Part shown: positions 1 to 9,343 of the stretch, one piece after another | Layout of the letters: each line of letters begins with the position of its first letter | Position numbering within the stretch: position 1 is the stretch's first letter | NCBI GenBank assembly: GCA_965203355.1 | Contig: OZ241889.1 | Span: forward strand, 64,001-128,000 | Direction of reading: 5' to 3' | Length of the DNA: 64,000 nucleotides | Source: Candidatus Latescibacterota bacterium | Lineage (GTDB): Bacteria > Latescibacterota > UBA2968 > UBA8231 | Position numbers and translations under genes: made by a program | The notes under the pieces: model-generated | Databases searched by the model: none | Seen by the model: only the letters and a program-made list of their open reading frames with translations | Told to the model about the DNA's origin: nothing

Positions 1-957
1 GGCAAAGTGGCAGAAGATGCTGATTACGACCGCGGCCACGGTAACGCCAACCCCTAGCTCAATCAGCAAAATGCCGTAGTGCTCGCCGCGGGTGGGCTCG
101 CTGGCCAGCACCTTGTATTCGAGGAAATTGCCCCCAGCCAACAGACAGGCCAAGCCCGTGCCGATGTAGAGGAGAAGCCCCAAGGCGAAAAAGACTTGGA
201 CGCCGCCCGGTGGAGCCACCCGGCGCATCGCCTCGACCCCGTAGATCAGGGCGTAGAGGATGAAGGCCGAGGCAAAAATCACCCCCGCCTGAAAACCACC
301 ACCGGGCCCAAAATCGCCGTGGAACTGCACGTACAGCCCAAAGAGCAAAATCAGCGGGATGAAGAGCTTGGAGACGACGCGGAGAATCCTCGCGTGCTGC
401 ATGGACTCGCTGTCGTCGGCTTCCGGCGCGGGACGACCGCCGGACAAGAGCAAGAGCACCGCTATCCCAGCGGTAAAAACCACCGTCACCTCGCCCAAGG
501 TATCGTATCCTCGGTAGCTAGCCAACACCGAGGTGACCATGTTGGGAATGCCGATTTCCTCGGGCGACTCGGCGATGTAGCGCGGGGCCACGTGTTGGTG
601 GATCGGAGCGTTGGGGTCGCCCAAGCGCGGCATATCCAGCGTGCCATAGACGAGCGTACCGCCGGTCAGGAAGCAGACGCCGAGGCCGCTCCAAGAGTGT
701 TGGTTTTGGGTCTTTTTTTTTGGACCGGTCAAGGCAAGCGCGGCCAAGAAGAGGACCGTCGCCAAGCCAGCGCCTACCGCCGCTTCGGTGAAAGCCACAT
801 CAACGGCGTCGAGCGAGGTAAAAATACACGCCGAAAGCAGGCTGAAGATACCAGTGAGAACCACGGCGGCAAACAAGGCCCGCACCTGAATAATGGCCGC
901 GGCGATGATGGCGAGAAACGTCATCAACACGACATCGATGTCAATTAGCTCCGTCAC
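1..957 (-). CDS. mnhB: Mrp/Mnh Na+/H+ antiporter DUF4040-MnhB fused subunit (runs off left edge)
   Basis: Manual translation from GTG at 957 (overlaps mnhG stop): DVAFTEAAVGAG, YRGYDTLGEVTV, HGDFGPGGGFQAG, IELGVGVTV; absent from ORF track because the stop lies outside the window. Confidence 0.85.
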   Translation of the reverse strand, partial: MTELIDIDVVLMTFLAIIAAAIIQVRALFAAVVLTGIFSLLSACIFTSLDAVDVAFTEAAVGAGLATVLFLAALALTGPKKKTQNQHSWSGLGVCFLTGGTLVYGTLDMPRLGDPNAPIHQHVAPRYIAESPEEIGIPNMVTSVLASYRGYDTLGEVTVVFTAGIAVLLLLSGGRPAPEADDSESMQHARILRVVSKLFIPLILLFGLYVQFHGDFGPGGGFQAGVIFASAFILYALIYGVEAMRRVAPPGGVQVFFALGLLLYIGTGLACLLAGGNFLEYKVLASEPTRGEHYGILLIELGVGVTVAAVVISIFCHFA

Positions 958-1268
958 GATTCCTCCCCCGTGCCTTGGGGCGCAAGTCCACTGTGCCGCG
1001 CCGCGCGGGCAATGGCGTGACTGGCAACCGAACTAGTCAGCAGCAAGAACAATCCGATCATGGCCAGCTTGACGGTCGCCAGCGACAGACCGCTCTGAAG
1101 CATAAGCCCCAAGAGGACCAAGCCAGCACCCAACGTATCGGTAACGCCGCCGCCGTGTATGCGGCTGTAAAAGTCGGGCAACCGCAGAAGCCCCACGCCG
1201 CCGACAAAGCAAAAGCCAGCCCCCAACAGCAGACAGATCCAGCTAGCGTAGTAGAGCAGAGCTTCCAT
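954..1268 (-). CDS. mnhG: Monovalent cation/H+ antiporter subunit G
   Basis: GLLRLPDFYSRIHG..TDTLG motif; operon context. Confidence 0.9.
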   Translation of the reverse strand: MEALLYYASWICLLLGAGFCFVGGVGLLRLPDFYSRIHGGGVTDTLGAGLVLLGLMLQSGLSLATVKLAMIGLFLLLTSSVASHAIARAARHSGLAPQGTGEES

Positions 1269-1534
1269 CAGGCTTGGGCCTCCTCCTCGCCAACGGTCGA
1301 AACGTATTTGAGGATGGCGATGGTGCCGATGAAATTGATTAGCGCATAGACCAGCGCCAAGTCGAGAAAGTCGGGCCGGCCAGTCAAAAAGCCAATGACC
1401 GACAACAGCAATACGGTCTTGGTGCCAAACATATTGACGGCGAGTACGCGGTCGTACACGGTGGGTCCCTTCAGGGCGCGGACCAAGGCCAGCAGCATGG
1501 TGGCCAGCACCCCTATCATCGCAGCGACAAACAC
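1268..1534 (-). CDS. mnhF: Monovalent cation/H+ antiporter subunit F
   Basis: GPTVYDRVLA, DLALVYALINFIGT motifs; 3 hydrophobic segments. Confidence 0.9.
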   Translation of the reverse strand: MFVAAMIGVLATMLLALVRALKGPTVYDRVLAVNMFGTKTVLLLSVIGFLTGRPDFLDLALVYALINFIGTIAILKYVSTVGEEEAQA

Positions 1535-2046
1535 TAGACCTTTCCCTCCAAGTCGGTTACGCGGGCGTCCAAGGCCCCTGAGCGCACGGCCTCGGCCGCT
1601 TCGCGGGTCAGGGCGTGGACCTCAATGGAGCCTTCGTCGGTCTCAACCGAGACCGTGCCCGGCGTCAGCGTGATGGAGTTCGCGTAAATGACTTGTCCCA
1701 AGTGCGTCTTCTGACTTGCCTTGACCCGGATTAAGCGGGGCGACAGCGGCAGCCGAGGATGCACGATCCGCCGCACCACGTCGATGTTGGATTTGACTAT
1801 GGCCCACAAAAACCAAGGCACATAGCGCAGTAAGCCGGGGATTAGGTGGATGGGATGCCCTTCGGGATCGACGATCTTCATGCGGCGGCAAACAGCGACG
1901 ACCACTAGGCACGACAGCACGCCCAAGCCCAAAAGCATACCCGTGTAAATGCCCGACAAAAGGAGCCAGAGCAAAAACAGCAGGCCGAAAAAACTGAGCG
2001 TTCTGTGCAGCGCGTTTGGCAAAGTGAGCCTCGATTCTCCTAACAA
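1534..2046 (-). CDS. mnhE: Na+/H+ antiporter subunit E (start uncertain)
   Basis: ANSITLTPGT motif, LWLLLSG N-terminal TM. Confidence 0.9.
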   Translation of the reverse strand: MLGESRLTLPNALHRTLSFFGLLFLLWLLLSGIYTGMLLGLGVLSCLVVVAVCRRMKIVDPEGHPIHLIPGLLRYVPWFLWAIVKSNIDVVRRIVHPRLPLSPRLIRVKASQKTHLGQVIYANSITLTPGTVSVETDEGSIEVHALTREAAEAVRSGALDARVTDLEGKV

Positions 2047-2172
2047 TCAACAGCATAATTTCCGCAATCGCCGGTGTGAATGCAAGAAATGGCCGAGGCT
2101 CGCACGTTTTCTAACGGCCAGCCATTAGCGGTTCCCCGCGCCGGAACTCACATTATTTTTTGGTTACAGCAC

Positions 2173-2241
2173 AAAAAAGGCGGGCCGCCGGTTTCAGACG
2201 AAAGTTCATCGTCTTTACCAAGGCATGGCCCCACGGCCCGC
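2173..2241 (-). terminator. Intrinsic terminator in the mnh operon leader
   Basis: Arms 2180-2187 (gcgggccg) and 2234-2241 (cggcccgc), inner AGACGA/TCGTCT stem, followed on minus strand by T6 (a6 at 2173-2178). Confidence 0.65.
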
Positions 2242-2277
2242 TGGTCAATACTTCCGATCGCCCGCGCCGAACCCTAT
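2173..2277 (-). ncRNA. Candidate Na+-I (DUF1646-type) riboswitch with overlapping intrinsic terminator
   Basis: Minus strand AGGGUUCGGCGCGGGCGAUCGGAAGUAUUGACCAGCGGGCCG resembles my recollection of the DUF1646 consensus; lies upstream of mnhE; its 3' end overlaps the terminator 5' arm; CATAAT -10-like box at 2283-2278. Confidence 0.55.
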
Positions 2278-2333
2278 ATTATGGCTCGCTTACGATCAAC
2301 AGCGCACAGTACTCAGGCTAAAACGACGGAGAA

Positions 2334-3215
2334 ATGGCCATGCTGACCCCAGAACAAATCGCCAGCTACCACGAGAAAGGCTACCTCGGCGTCGAGGGCG
2401 TGTTGGCCCCCGAAGAAGTAGCGGCCCTGCGGCAGACCACCGATGAGTTCGTCGAGCAGTCGCGGGCCGCAACCGAAAGCGACGCCGTATTCGACTTAGA
2501 GCCCGGGCACGCGGCTAACCGCCCCAAGCTGCGGCGGCTCAAAAGCCCGGTTGCCCAGCACGAGACCTACCGCCGCACCCTGTACCACGAGCGCATTCTG
2601 GACATCGTCGGCCAGCTAATCGGCCCGCGCATCCGCACCAACGGCGACAAGCTCAACATGAAATCCGGCGCGTTCGGCAGCCCCGTCGAGTGGCATCAGG
2701 ACTGGGCCTTTTATCCGCACACCAACGACGATCTGCTCGCCGTGGGCGTGTGCATCGACGACATGAACGAGGCCAACGGCTGCTTGCTGGTCATCCCCGG
2801 GTCGCACAAGGGACCGATCTACAACCACCATCTCGATGGCTATTTCGCTGGCGCCGTAACGGCGGCGGATTTCGACGATTCCGCGGCCGAAAAGGTCGAG
2901 CTAAAAGCCGGCGGCATCTCCATCCATCACGTCCGCGCCCTGCACGGCTCCCTGCCCAACACCTCGCCCTATCCGCGGCGGCTCTTGCTGTTGCAGTATT
3001 GCGCTGGCGACGCTTGGCCCTTAGTGCCAGCCACCGATTGGGAGAGCTATGGTCGGACCTTTGTGCGCGGCGAGCCGAGCCGCCACATCCGCGTTGCCGA
3101 CGTGCCCGTGAGCATGCCGCTGCCCGGCGCCAAAGTCGGCGGCTCCATCTACGCTACCCAAACCGTACTGCGCCACTCGACCTTCGGATCGGTGAAAGCC
3201 GCGCAGCCCGTCTAG
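2334..3215 (+). CDS. Phytanoyl-CoA dioxygenase (PhyH) family Fe(II)/2OG enzyme
   Basis: WHQD, NGCLLVIPGSH, HGSLPN motifs. Confidence 0.9.
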   Translation: MAMLTPEQIASYHEKGYLGVEGVLAPEEVAALRQTTDEFVEQSRAATESDAVFDLEPGHAANRPKLRRLKSPVAQHETYRRTLYHERILDIVGQLIGPRIRTNGDKLNMKSGAFGSPVEWHQDWAFYPHTNDDLLAVGVCIDDMNEANGCLLVIPGSHKGPIYNHHLDGYFAGAVTAADFDDSAAEKVELKAGGISIHHVRALHGSLPNTSPYPRRLLLLQYCAGDAWPLVPATDWESYGRTFVRGEPSRHIRVADVPVSMPLPGAKVGGSIYATQTVLRHSTFGSVKAAQPV

Positions 3216-3245
3216 CCAGTGGCCAGTGGGCAGTGGCCAGTGGGC
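3215..3245 (+). repeat. Heptamer tandem repeat (G[C/G]CAGTG) x4
   Basis: gccagtg gccagtg ggcagtg gccagtg ggc immediately after the stop codon. Confidence 0.8.
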
Positions 3246-3259
3246 GATTCTTCGTCTTA

Positions 3260-3384
3260 GAAGCGTTTTTAAGATTCAAAAAAAGAACCTAGTAGCAATG
3301 GCGTCTCGCCTGCGGAAAACGCCCGCCCTAAGAGCCGCTCGACGGCCCGTTGAAATAGTCCGGCGAGAAATTTAAAAAGGCTTC
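3260..3384. mobile_element. MITE-like element, family B (125 bp)
   Basis: TIRs GAAGCGTTTTTAA / TTAAAAAGGCTTC flanked by TTA and TGA; internal blocks shared with 19914-19979. Confidence 0.6.
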
Positions 3385-3415
3385 TGAGCGGACTGTTATC
3401 ACCAAGAAAATACCC

Positions 3416-4339
3416 ATGAACCTGCAACACCTGCGCTACTTTCTCGCGGTGGCGCGCACGGGCGGCTTTACCCAAGCGGCGCACCAGATGAACGTGACCC
3501 AGCCGACCGTTTCCAGCGCGGTTCTGGAGCTGGAAAAGAGCATGGGAGTCCAGCTCTTCAACCGCGACAATCGGCACGTGGCTCTGACGACCGAGGGCCG
3601 GCTATTGCTGAGCTATGCCGTCCAAGTCGAGGACTTGCTAGAGGAAGCCAGCGAACGGCTACAGCGAAGCGACCTAGCGCCCGGGGGCGGCTTTCAGTTT
3701 GGGGCGGTAGATGCGGCCGTCATCTATCTCCTACCGGAAATCCTCAAAGAGTACATGGGCCGCTATCGAGGCGTCGCGCTCAAGACCCAAGTCGCGCCCT
3801 CGCGTTACCTCATCGACGACCTGCTGATGCAGCGCGCAGAATTCGCGCTGATCCACTTGCCCTACACCCATCCCAAAATCGACGCCGTGCCGATCTACCG
3901 CGACGACATGCCCTTGGTCGTCGGGCCAGCGCATCGCTTCGCCCGCTGCGAGTCGGTCGCCCTCGCCGAAGTAGTGGAAGAGCCGCTGATCCTCTTTCAC
4001 GCCGACTCGGTTTCGCGCAAGGGGATCGACGAAAAGCTCGCCGAAGCCGGCCTAGTGCCGGGCGCGGTGATGGAAATGCGCAGCCCAGAGGCCATGCGCA
4101 AGTTGGTCGAGGCCGGCGTGGGCATCTCGTTTTTGCCGCAGCTAACCATCCGCGAATCGCTGGCCAGCGGCGTGCTCAAAACAGTAGCCGTGCGCGGCGT
4201 CGCCCTCGAGCGCGAAATCGGCGTGGCGTGGCGGCGAGGTCGCTACTTTGGCCAAGCGGTGCGGCTGTTACTCGAAGCCGTATTTGCCGCCTACGGCGGA
4301 CGAGACGAGTGGCTGCAAAAGATCGCGCCAAAAAGCTGA
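3416..4339 (+). CDS. LysR family transcriptional regulator
   Basis: N-terminal LRYFLAVA..FTQAA..TQPTVS HTH plus substrate-binding domain. Confidence 0.95.
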   Translation: MNLQHLRYFLAVARTGGFTQAAHQMNVTQPTVSSAVLELEKSMGVQLFNRDNRHVALTTEGRLLLSYAVQVEDLLEEASERLQRSDLAPGGGFQFGAVDAAVIYLLPEILKEYMGRYRGVALKTQVAPSRYLIDDLLMQRAEFALIHLPYTHPKIDAVPIYRDDMPLVVGPAHRFARCESVALAEVVEEPLILFHADSVSRKGIDEKLAEAGLVPGAVMEMRSPEAMRKLVEAGVGISFLPQLTIRESLASGVLKTVAVRGVALEREIGVAWRRGRYFGQAVRLLLEAVFAAYGGRDEWLQKIAPKS

Positions 4340-4422
4340 GACCCCGGCGATATTGCCACGATTCGCAGCAGCGGCGTTCTTATTTTTCATTCATTTTTGA
4401 CCCAAAACCGAGAGCGAGCATT

Positions 4423-5784
4423 ATGATTGATCCAAAGGCCGTGCGCGCCAATCCAGACGCCATGCGCGAGGCCATACGGGTGCGCCAGGTCGACCCGGCC
4501 AAAGCCAATGTGGATCGCTGGTTGGCCCTCGACGCCGCGCGGCACAAACTGCAACGGGACATCGACGCGCTCAACAGCGAGAAAAAGCAACTCGCCCAGC
4601 TTGGCCGCACCGACCCGGACGCCGCGCGGCAAAAGGGACGCCAGTTGCGCGAACGCGGGCGGGTGCTAGCGCACGAATTGGGCACCATCGCCGCCGAGTG
4701 GCAGCAAATAGCGGATTGGTTCCCCAACTGGCCGCATCCCGACATGCCGGCCGGAGCGAGCGAGGCCGACAACGTCGAGGAACGCGCCTGGATCCCCGGG
4801 CAAGGCTACCTAGCGGCGGATAAGCTAGGGCGCGGGAACACCTGCGCCCGGTACATGCCCAAGCGTCCTCTCCACACCCAAGACGACTCCTTTGAGCCGC
4901 TGCATCACGCCGACCTCGGCGTCCAGTTAGGCGGCATCGACACCTTGCAAGGCGGCCAAGTTTCCGGCTCGCGCTTTGCCTATTTGCGCGGCGATGTCGC
5001 GCGGATGCAGTACGCCCTCAGCCAGTTGCTCATGGACGAGCTTTTGGCGCGTGGGTACGAGATGTTCGTGCCGCCGCTTTTGGTGCGGGAACGCTCGCTG
5101 TACGGCACCTCGCATTTCCCCGAAGGCCGCGACCAAGTCTATGCCATCAAGACCGACAACGTGGAAGAAGGAGCCGAACTCTTTCTCGTCGGATCGTCCG
5201 AGCCGACTAACTTCAGCTACTTCATGGACCGGACCTTGGACGCAGCCGAGCTGCCCATCAAGCTCTTCGCCTACACGGCCTGCTTTCGCTCGGAAGCCGG
5301 GTCGTGGGGCCAAGATGTCAAGGGTATCAAGCGCATGCACCAATTCGACAAAATCGAAATGAACGCCGTGTGCCTGCCCGATCAGTCCGAAGCCCTGTAC
5401 GAGGAATTTGGCCAAATCAACGAATGGCTCCTGCAAGAACTCGCACTGCCCTACCGGGTCATCGATAAGTGCCACGGCGACGCCGGCTATCTAGCCAGCC
5501 ATCGGCAGCGGGACCTGGAGGTGTGGATGGCTGGGACGGGCGAGTTCATGGAGGTAATGACCGACACCAACGCCACCGACTATCAGGCCCGGCGCTTGAA
5601 CATCCGCTACAAGGGCGCGAGCGGGCGGGGTTTTTGCCATCTGGTCAACGACACAGGTTGCGCGATGGGCCGGCTGTTGATCGCCATTCTGGACAACTAT
5701 CAGCAACCCGACGGCGCAGTACAGGTTCCCGCCGCTTTGCAACGAGTCATGCAGAAAAGCGTCCTGCAGCCGAAAGGCGCGTGA
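4423..5784 (+). CDS. serS: Serine--tRNA ligase (divergent)
   Basis: N-terminal coiled coil, VSGSRF, CFRSEAG, HQFDKIE, DYQARRLNIRY; start moved to ATG 4423. Confidence 0.9.
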   Translation: MIDPKAVRANPDAMREAIRVRQVDPAKANVDRWLALDAARHKLQRDIDALNSEKKQLAQLGRTDPDAARQKGRQLRERGRVLAHELGTIAAEWQQIADWFPNWPHPDMPAGASEADNVEERAWIPGQGYLAADKLGRGNTCARYMPKRPLHTQDDSFEPLHHADLGVQLGGIDTLQGGQVSGSRFAYLRGDVARMQYALSQLLMDELLARGYEMFVPPLLVRERSLYGTSHFPEGRDQVYAIKTDNVEEGAELFLVGSSEPTNFSYFMDRTLDAAELPIKLFAYTACFRSEAGSWGQDVKGIKRMHQFDKIEMNAVCLPDQSEALYEEFGQINEWLLQELALPYRVIDKCHGDAGYLASHRQRDLEVWMAGTGEFMEVMTDTNATDYQARRLNIRYKGASGRGFCHLVNDTGCAMGRLLIAILDNYQQPDGAVQVPAALQRVMQKSVLQPKGA

Positions 5785-6668
5785 TGGGCAAGCGACTCGA
5801 TGGCCGGGCGATTGCGGCCCAAGTACAAGAGGAATTGCTGGTGGACATCGCACGTCTGAAGCAGGAGCGCGATCTGGTGCCGGGCTTGGCGGTCGTGCTG
5901 GTGGGGGACGACCCCGCCTCCCAGTCCTACGTGCGCGCCAAGGGCCGAGCCTGCAAAGCCCTCGGCATCCACTCCGTGCAAATCGATCTACCGGCCAGCG
6001 CCCCCACCGCGGACGTGTTAGCCGCTGTCGAGCGGCTCAACGCCGACGCCGCGATCCACGGCATCTTAATACAGCTACCGCTGCCGGGCCAAGACGAGCA
6101 ACAAGTCCTCAACGCCATTGACCCGAACAAAGATGTCGATGGCCTGCATCCGGTCAATTTGGGTCGCCTCGTGCGGCAGGAGGAGTGCTTTTGGCCCTGT
6201 ACGCCGCACGGGGTCTTGCAGATTCTCAGCCGCAGCGGGATCGAGGTAGCAGGTCGGCACGTGGTCGTGGTTGGCCGCAGCACGCTCGTGGGGCGACCCG
6301 TAGCCATTTTGCTGGGGCACAAAGCGGCCGGAGCCAATGCCACGGTGACCCTGTGCCACACCGGTACGCGCGACCTCGGGCACTTTACGCGCCAAGCCGA
6401 CATCTTAGTAGTGGCGGCTGGATTTCCCCGTGGCATCACGGCGGACATGGTCAAAGAGGGGGCGGTGGTAATCGACGTGGGCATCAACCAAGTGGACGAC
6501 CCCTCGCGCGAACTCGGCTGGCGGCTCGTCGGCGACGTGGACTACCAACAAGTGCGCCCCAAAGCCCGGGCAATCACGCCCGTGCCCAACGGCGTCGGGC
6601 CGATGACGATCGCGCTGTTGCTCTACAACACCGTGTGGGCGGCCAAGCGGCAGGGGGAAATGGCCTAA
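5784..6668 (+). CDS. folD: Methylenetetrahydrofolate dehydrogenase/cyclohydrolase
   Basis: GILIQLPLP, KDVDGLHP, PCTPHG, ITPVPNGVGPMT; TGATG overlap with serS. Confidence 0.95.
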   Translation: MGKRLDGRAIAAQVQEELLVDIARLKQERDLVPGLAVVLVGDDPASQSYVRAKGRACKALGIHSVQIDLPASAPTADVLAAVERLNADAAIHGILIQLPLPGQDEQQVLNAIDPNKDVDGLHPVNLGRLVRQEECFWPCTPHGVLQILSRSGIEVAGRHVVVVGRSTLVGRPVAILLGHKAAGANATVTLCHTGTRDLGHFTRQADILVVAAGFPRGITADMVKEGAVVIDVGINQVDDPSRELGWRLVGDVDYQQVRPKARAITPVPNGVGPMTIALLLYNTVWAAKRQGEMA

Positions 6669-9221
6669 TCACCCCTGCGCCCAATGCACTAACCCCATTT
6701 CCAACGGGCTTGGCAGATCGGGATGCGAGGGCACCACGCGCAGCGTATAGCCGTGCGAGCCAGCCGCCGCGCACGTGAAGGTGCCGACAAAGTGGTAAGT
6801 GCCGTCGCCATTTTGCCCGGCCAATTCCAGCGGGTACACCTCGGTCTGCGCGAACTCGCGCTGGGCATTGAGGCGGCCGGCGTAAATCTCGACGCGGACA
6901 TCCTCTGGCGTTAGCTCGCCCAACGTCACCGTAGCGCGCAACGGCACCTGCGTCCCCACCTTGGGCTGCCGCGGAAATTCAGCATCCACCGCGCCGATTT
7001 GCACCTGCGCCCACTTGGAGCGCACGTGCGACTTCCAATGCGTCAGCCGCTGAACCCGCTCGCGGTCGTCCGCCAATTCCTCAAAGCGCGCTTGCCCCGG
7101 CAAGTAGAATCGCTCGACGTACTCGCGCACCATGCGGTGGGTATTATACTGCGGTGCAAGCTGGACAATGGTTTCCTTCATGCGGGCGATCCAATCGCCG
7201 GGCAATCCGTCCGCATCGCGCTGGTAGAACAGCGGGACCACCTCGGTCTCTAGCAAGTCGTAGAGCGAGTTGGACTCAACCTCGTCTTGGTACGCCTCGT
7301 CGTCGTAGTCCTCGCCACGGCCAATAGTCCAGCCAGCGTGCTCGTCGCAGGCTTCGTCCCACCAACCATCGAGTACGCTGACGTTGAGCACCCCATTGAC
7401 CGCCGCCTTCATGCCCGACGTGCCCGACGCCTCCAAGGGGCGGCGGGGGTTGTTGAGCCACACATCACACCCTTGCACCAAGTAGCGGGCGAGGTTCATG
7501 TCGTAATCGGACAAAAAGAAAATCCGGCCGTTAAAGGGGCCTTGCCGGGCGAGGTGGACGATTTGGCGGATCAACTCCTTACCAGCGTCGTCGTGGGGAT
7601 GCGCTTTGCCAGCGAAGAAAATCTGCACTGGACGCTGCTCGTCGGAGAACAGGGCCTTGAGCCGCTCGATATGGCGAAAGATCAGGTTGCCGCGCTTGTA
7701 CGTGGCAAAGCGACGGGCAAAGCCAATGGTCAGCACCTCCGGGTCGAGCCGCGCTAAGGTCTGTTCAATTTTGGCCTTAGACGCGCCCTGGCTCCGCATC
7801 TGCTGGCGCAAGTGATGGCAGGCGACGTCAATCAACCGCTTGCGCCGCTGCTGGTGCGTGTCCCACAGTTCGCGGTCGGGGATCTGATAGACCGGCTCCC
7901 ATTCCCGCTCGTCAGCCGATACAAAGCGCCAAGTGTCGCCGAGATAGCGGTCGAACAGCTCGGCCATTTCCAGCGAAACCCACGTGTGGAGATGGACGCC
8001 GTTGGTGACGTGGCCGATGGGGATTTCGCGCTCGGCGAAATCGGGCCATAGGCCCTGCCACATGCGACGACTGACGGTGCCGTGCAGGCGACTGACGCCA
8101 TTGGCCCGGCCCGAAAGCCGCAGCGCCAAGACCGTCATGCAGAAGTCGGCGTGCGAATCGCGGGGGTCAATCCGGCCTAGGCCGATAAATTCCTCGTGCG
8201 ATAGGCCGAGCCACTCGCGGAAATAGCCCAAGTGCTCCTCAACCAAGTGCGCGGGAAACCAGTCGTTGCCCGCCGCGACCGGCGTGTGCGTGGTGAATAC
8301 ATTGCCGACGACGCTGGCCTCGCGAGCCGCCGCAAACGAATAGCCGTGCTCGGTCATTAAACGGCGAATCCGCTCTAGGGCCAAAAAGGCCGAGTGTCCC
8401 TCGTTCATGTGGCAGACCGTGGGTTCGACGCCCACGGCTTGCAGGACGCGCAGACCGCCGATGCCGAGGAGAATCTCCTGCCGGATGCGCATGGCCGCGT
8501 CGCCGCCGTAGAGACGGGCGGTAATATCGCGGTCTGCCGGGGCGTTTTCGTCGAGGTTAGTATCGAGCAAATAGAGCTGCACCCGGCCCACCGGCACCTG
8601 CCAGATCCGCGCTTGCACCGGGCCGTGGGCAAAGGGAACCTCAATGGTGAGATGCCCGCCGTCGGGGTCGTGGACCGGCTGCACGGGCATTTGGTAGAAG
8701 TCGTTTTCCGGGTTTTGCTCTATCTGCCAGCCATCGGCGTTGAGGACTTGGCGGAAATAGCCCTCGCGGTAGAGCAAGCCGACCCCGACGAGGGGAACGC
8801 CTAGATCGCTGGCAGCTTTGAGATGGTCGCCAGCGAGCACGCCCAAGCCTCCAGAATAGATGCGCAGGCTCTCGGTCAGGCCGAACTCCGCCGAGAAGTA
8901 CGCCACCTGTAACCGGCTCTCGCCCGGCCTCTGGCCAAACCACGTCGGCTGGGACAAATAGCCTTCGAACTGCTCAACGGCGCGCTCGATGCGGCTTTGC
9001 AGTTGCTCGTCGATTAGGGCGTCGAGTTGGTCCGGCCGCAGGAGAGTCCAAAAGCGCAGGGGATCGCGCTGGCTCTCAACCCACGTTTCCGGGTCGATCT
9101 GGTAGAGGGTGCGGATGGTTTCCTTGCTCCAACTCCACCAGAGATTGTGTCCCAACTCCCACAGCGGCGTCAGTTGCTCGGGCAAGGACGGAATGATATT
9201 GAGGCGATATAGCGGTTTCAT
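6669..9221 (-). CDS. glgP: Alpha-glucan (glycogen) phosphorylase
   Basis: YSGGLGVLAGD, GFARRFATYKR, EASGTSGMKA PLP motif; start moved to ATG 9221. Confidence 0.95.
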   Translation of the reverse strand: MKPLYRLNIIPSLPEQLTPLWELGHNLWWSWSKETIRTLYQIDPETWVESQRDPLRFWTLLRPDQLDALIDEQLQSRIERAVEQFEGYLSQPTWFGQRPGESRLQVAYFSAEFGLTESLRIYSGGLGVLAGDHLKAASDLGVPLVGVGLLYREGYFRQVLNADGWQIEQNPENDFYQMPVQPVHDPDGGHLTIEVPFAHGPVQARIWQVPVGRVQLYLLDTNLDENAPADRDITARLYGGDAAMRIRQEILLGIGGLRVLQAVGVEPTVCHMNEGHSAFLALERIRRLMTEHGYSFAAAREASVVGNVFTTHTPVAAGNDWFPAHLVEEHLGYFREWLGLSHEEFIGLGRIDPRDSHADFCMTVLALRLSGRANGVSRLHGTVSRRMWQGLWPDFAEREIPIGHVTNGVHLHTWVSLEMAELFDRYLGDTWRFVSADEREWEPVYQIPDRELWDTHQQRRKRLIDVACHHLRQQMRSQGASKAKIEQTLARLDPEVLTIGFARRFATYKRGNLIFRHIERLKALFSDEQRPVQIFFAGKAHPHDDAGKELIRQIVHLARQGPFNGRIFFLSDYDMNLARYLVQGCDVWLNNPRRPLEASGTSGMKAAVNGVLNVSVLDGWWDEACDEHAGWTIGRGEDYDDEAYQDEVESNSLYDLLETEVVPLFYQRDADGLPGDWIARMKETIVQLAPQYNTHRMVREYVERFYLPGQARFEELADDRERVQRLTHWKSHVRSKWAQVQIGAVDAEFPRQPKVGTQVPLRATVTLGELTPEDVRVEIYAGRLNAQREFAQTEVYPLELAGQNGDGTYHFVGTFTCAAAGSHGYTLRVVPSHPDLPSPLEMGLVHWAQG

Positions 9222-9343
9222 TGTCAATTTCTTCTGTAATTGTAATTGAAGCGGCAGGACGCCTAAGACAGCAGCGTCGGCGCGTTTTGTCAAGGTCTGT
9301 CCACGCTCTATAACTTTAAGAAAATTGCGGCCACAACAAGCGT

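Noticed and set aside
713-721. T9 tract as a frameshift in mnhB
   Set aside because: The reading frame stays continuous through it (PKKK)
79-948. 289 aa plus-strand ORF and the many other long antisense ORFs in the track
   Set aside because: Shadows of well-supported opposite-strand genes in GC-rich DNA
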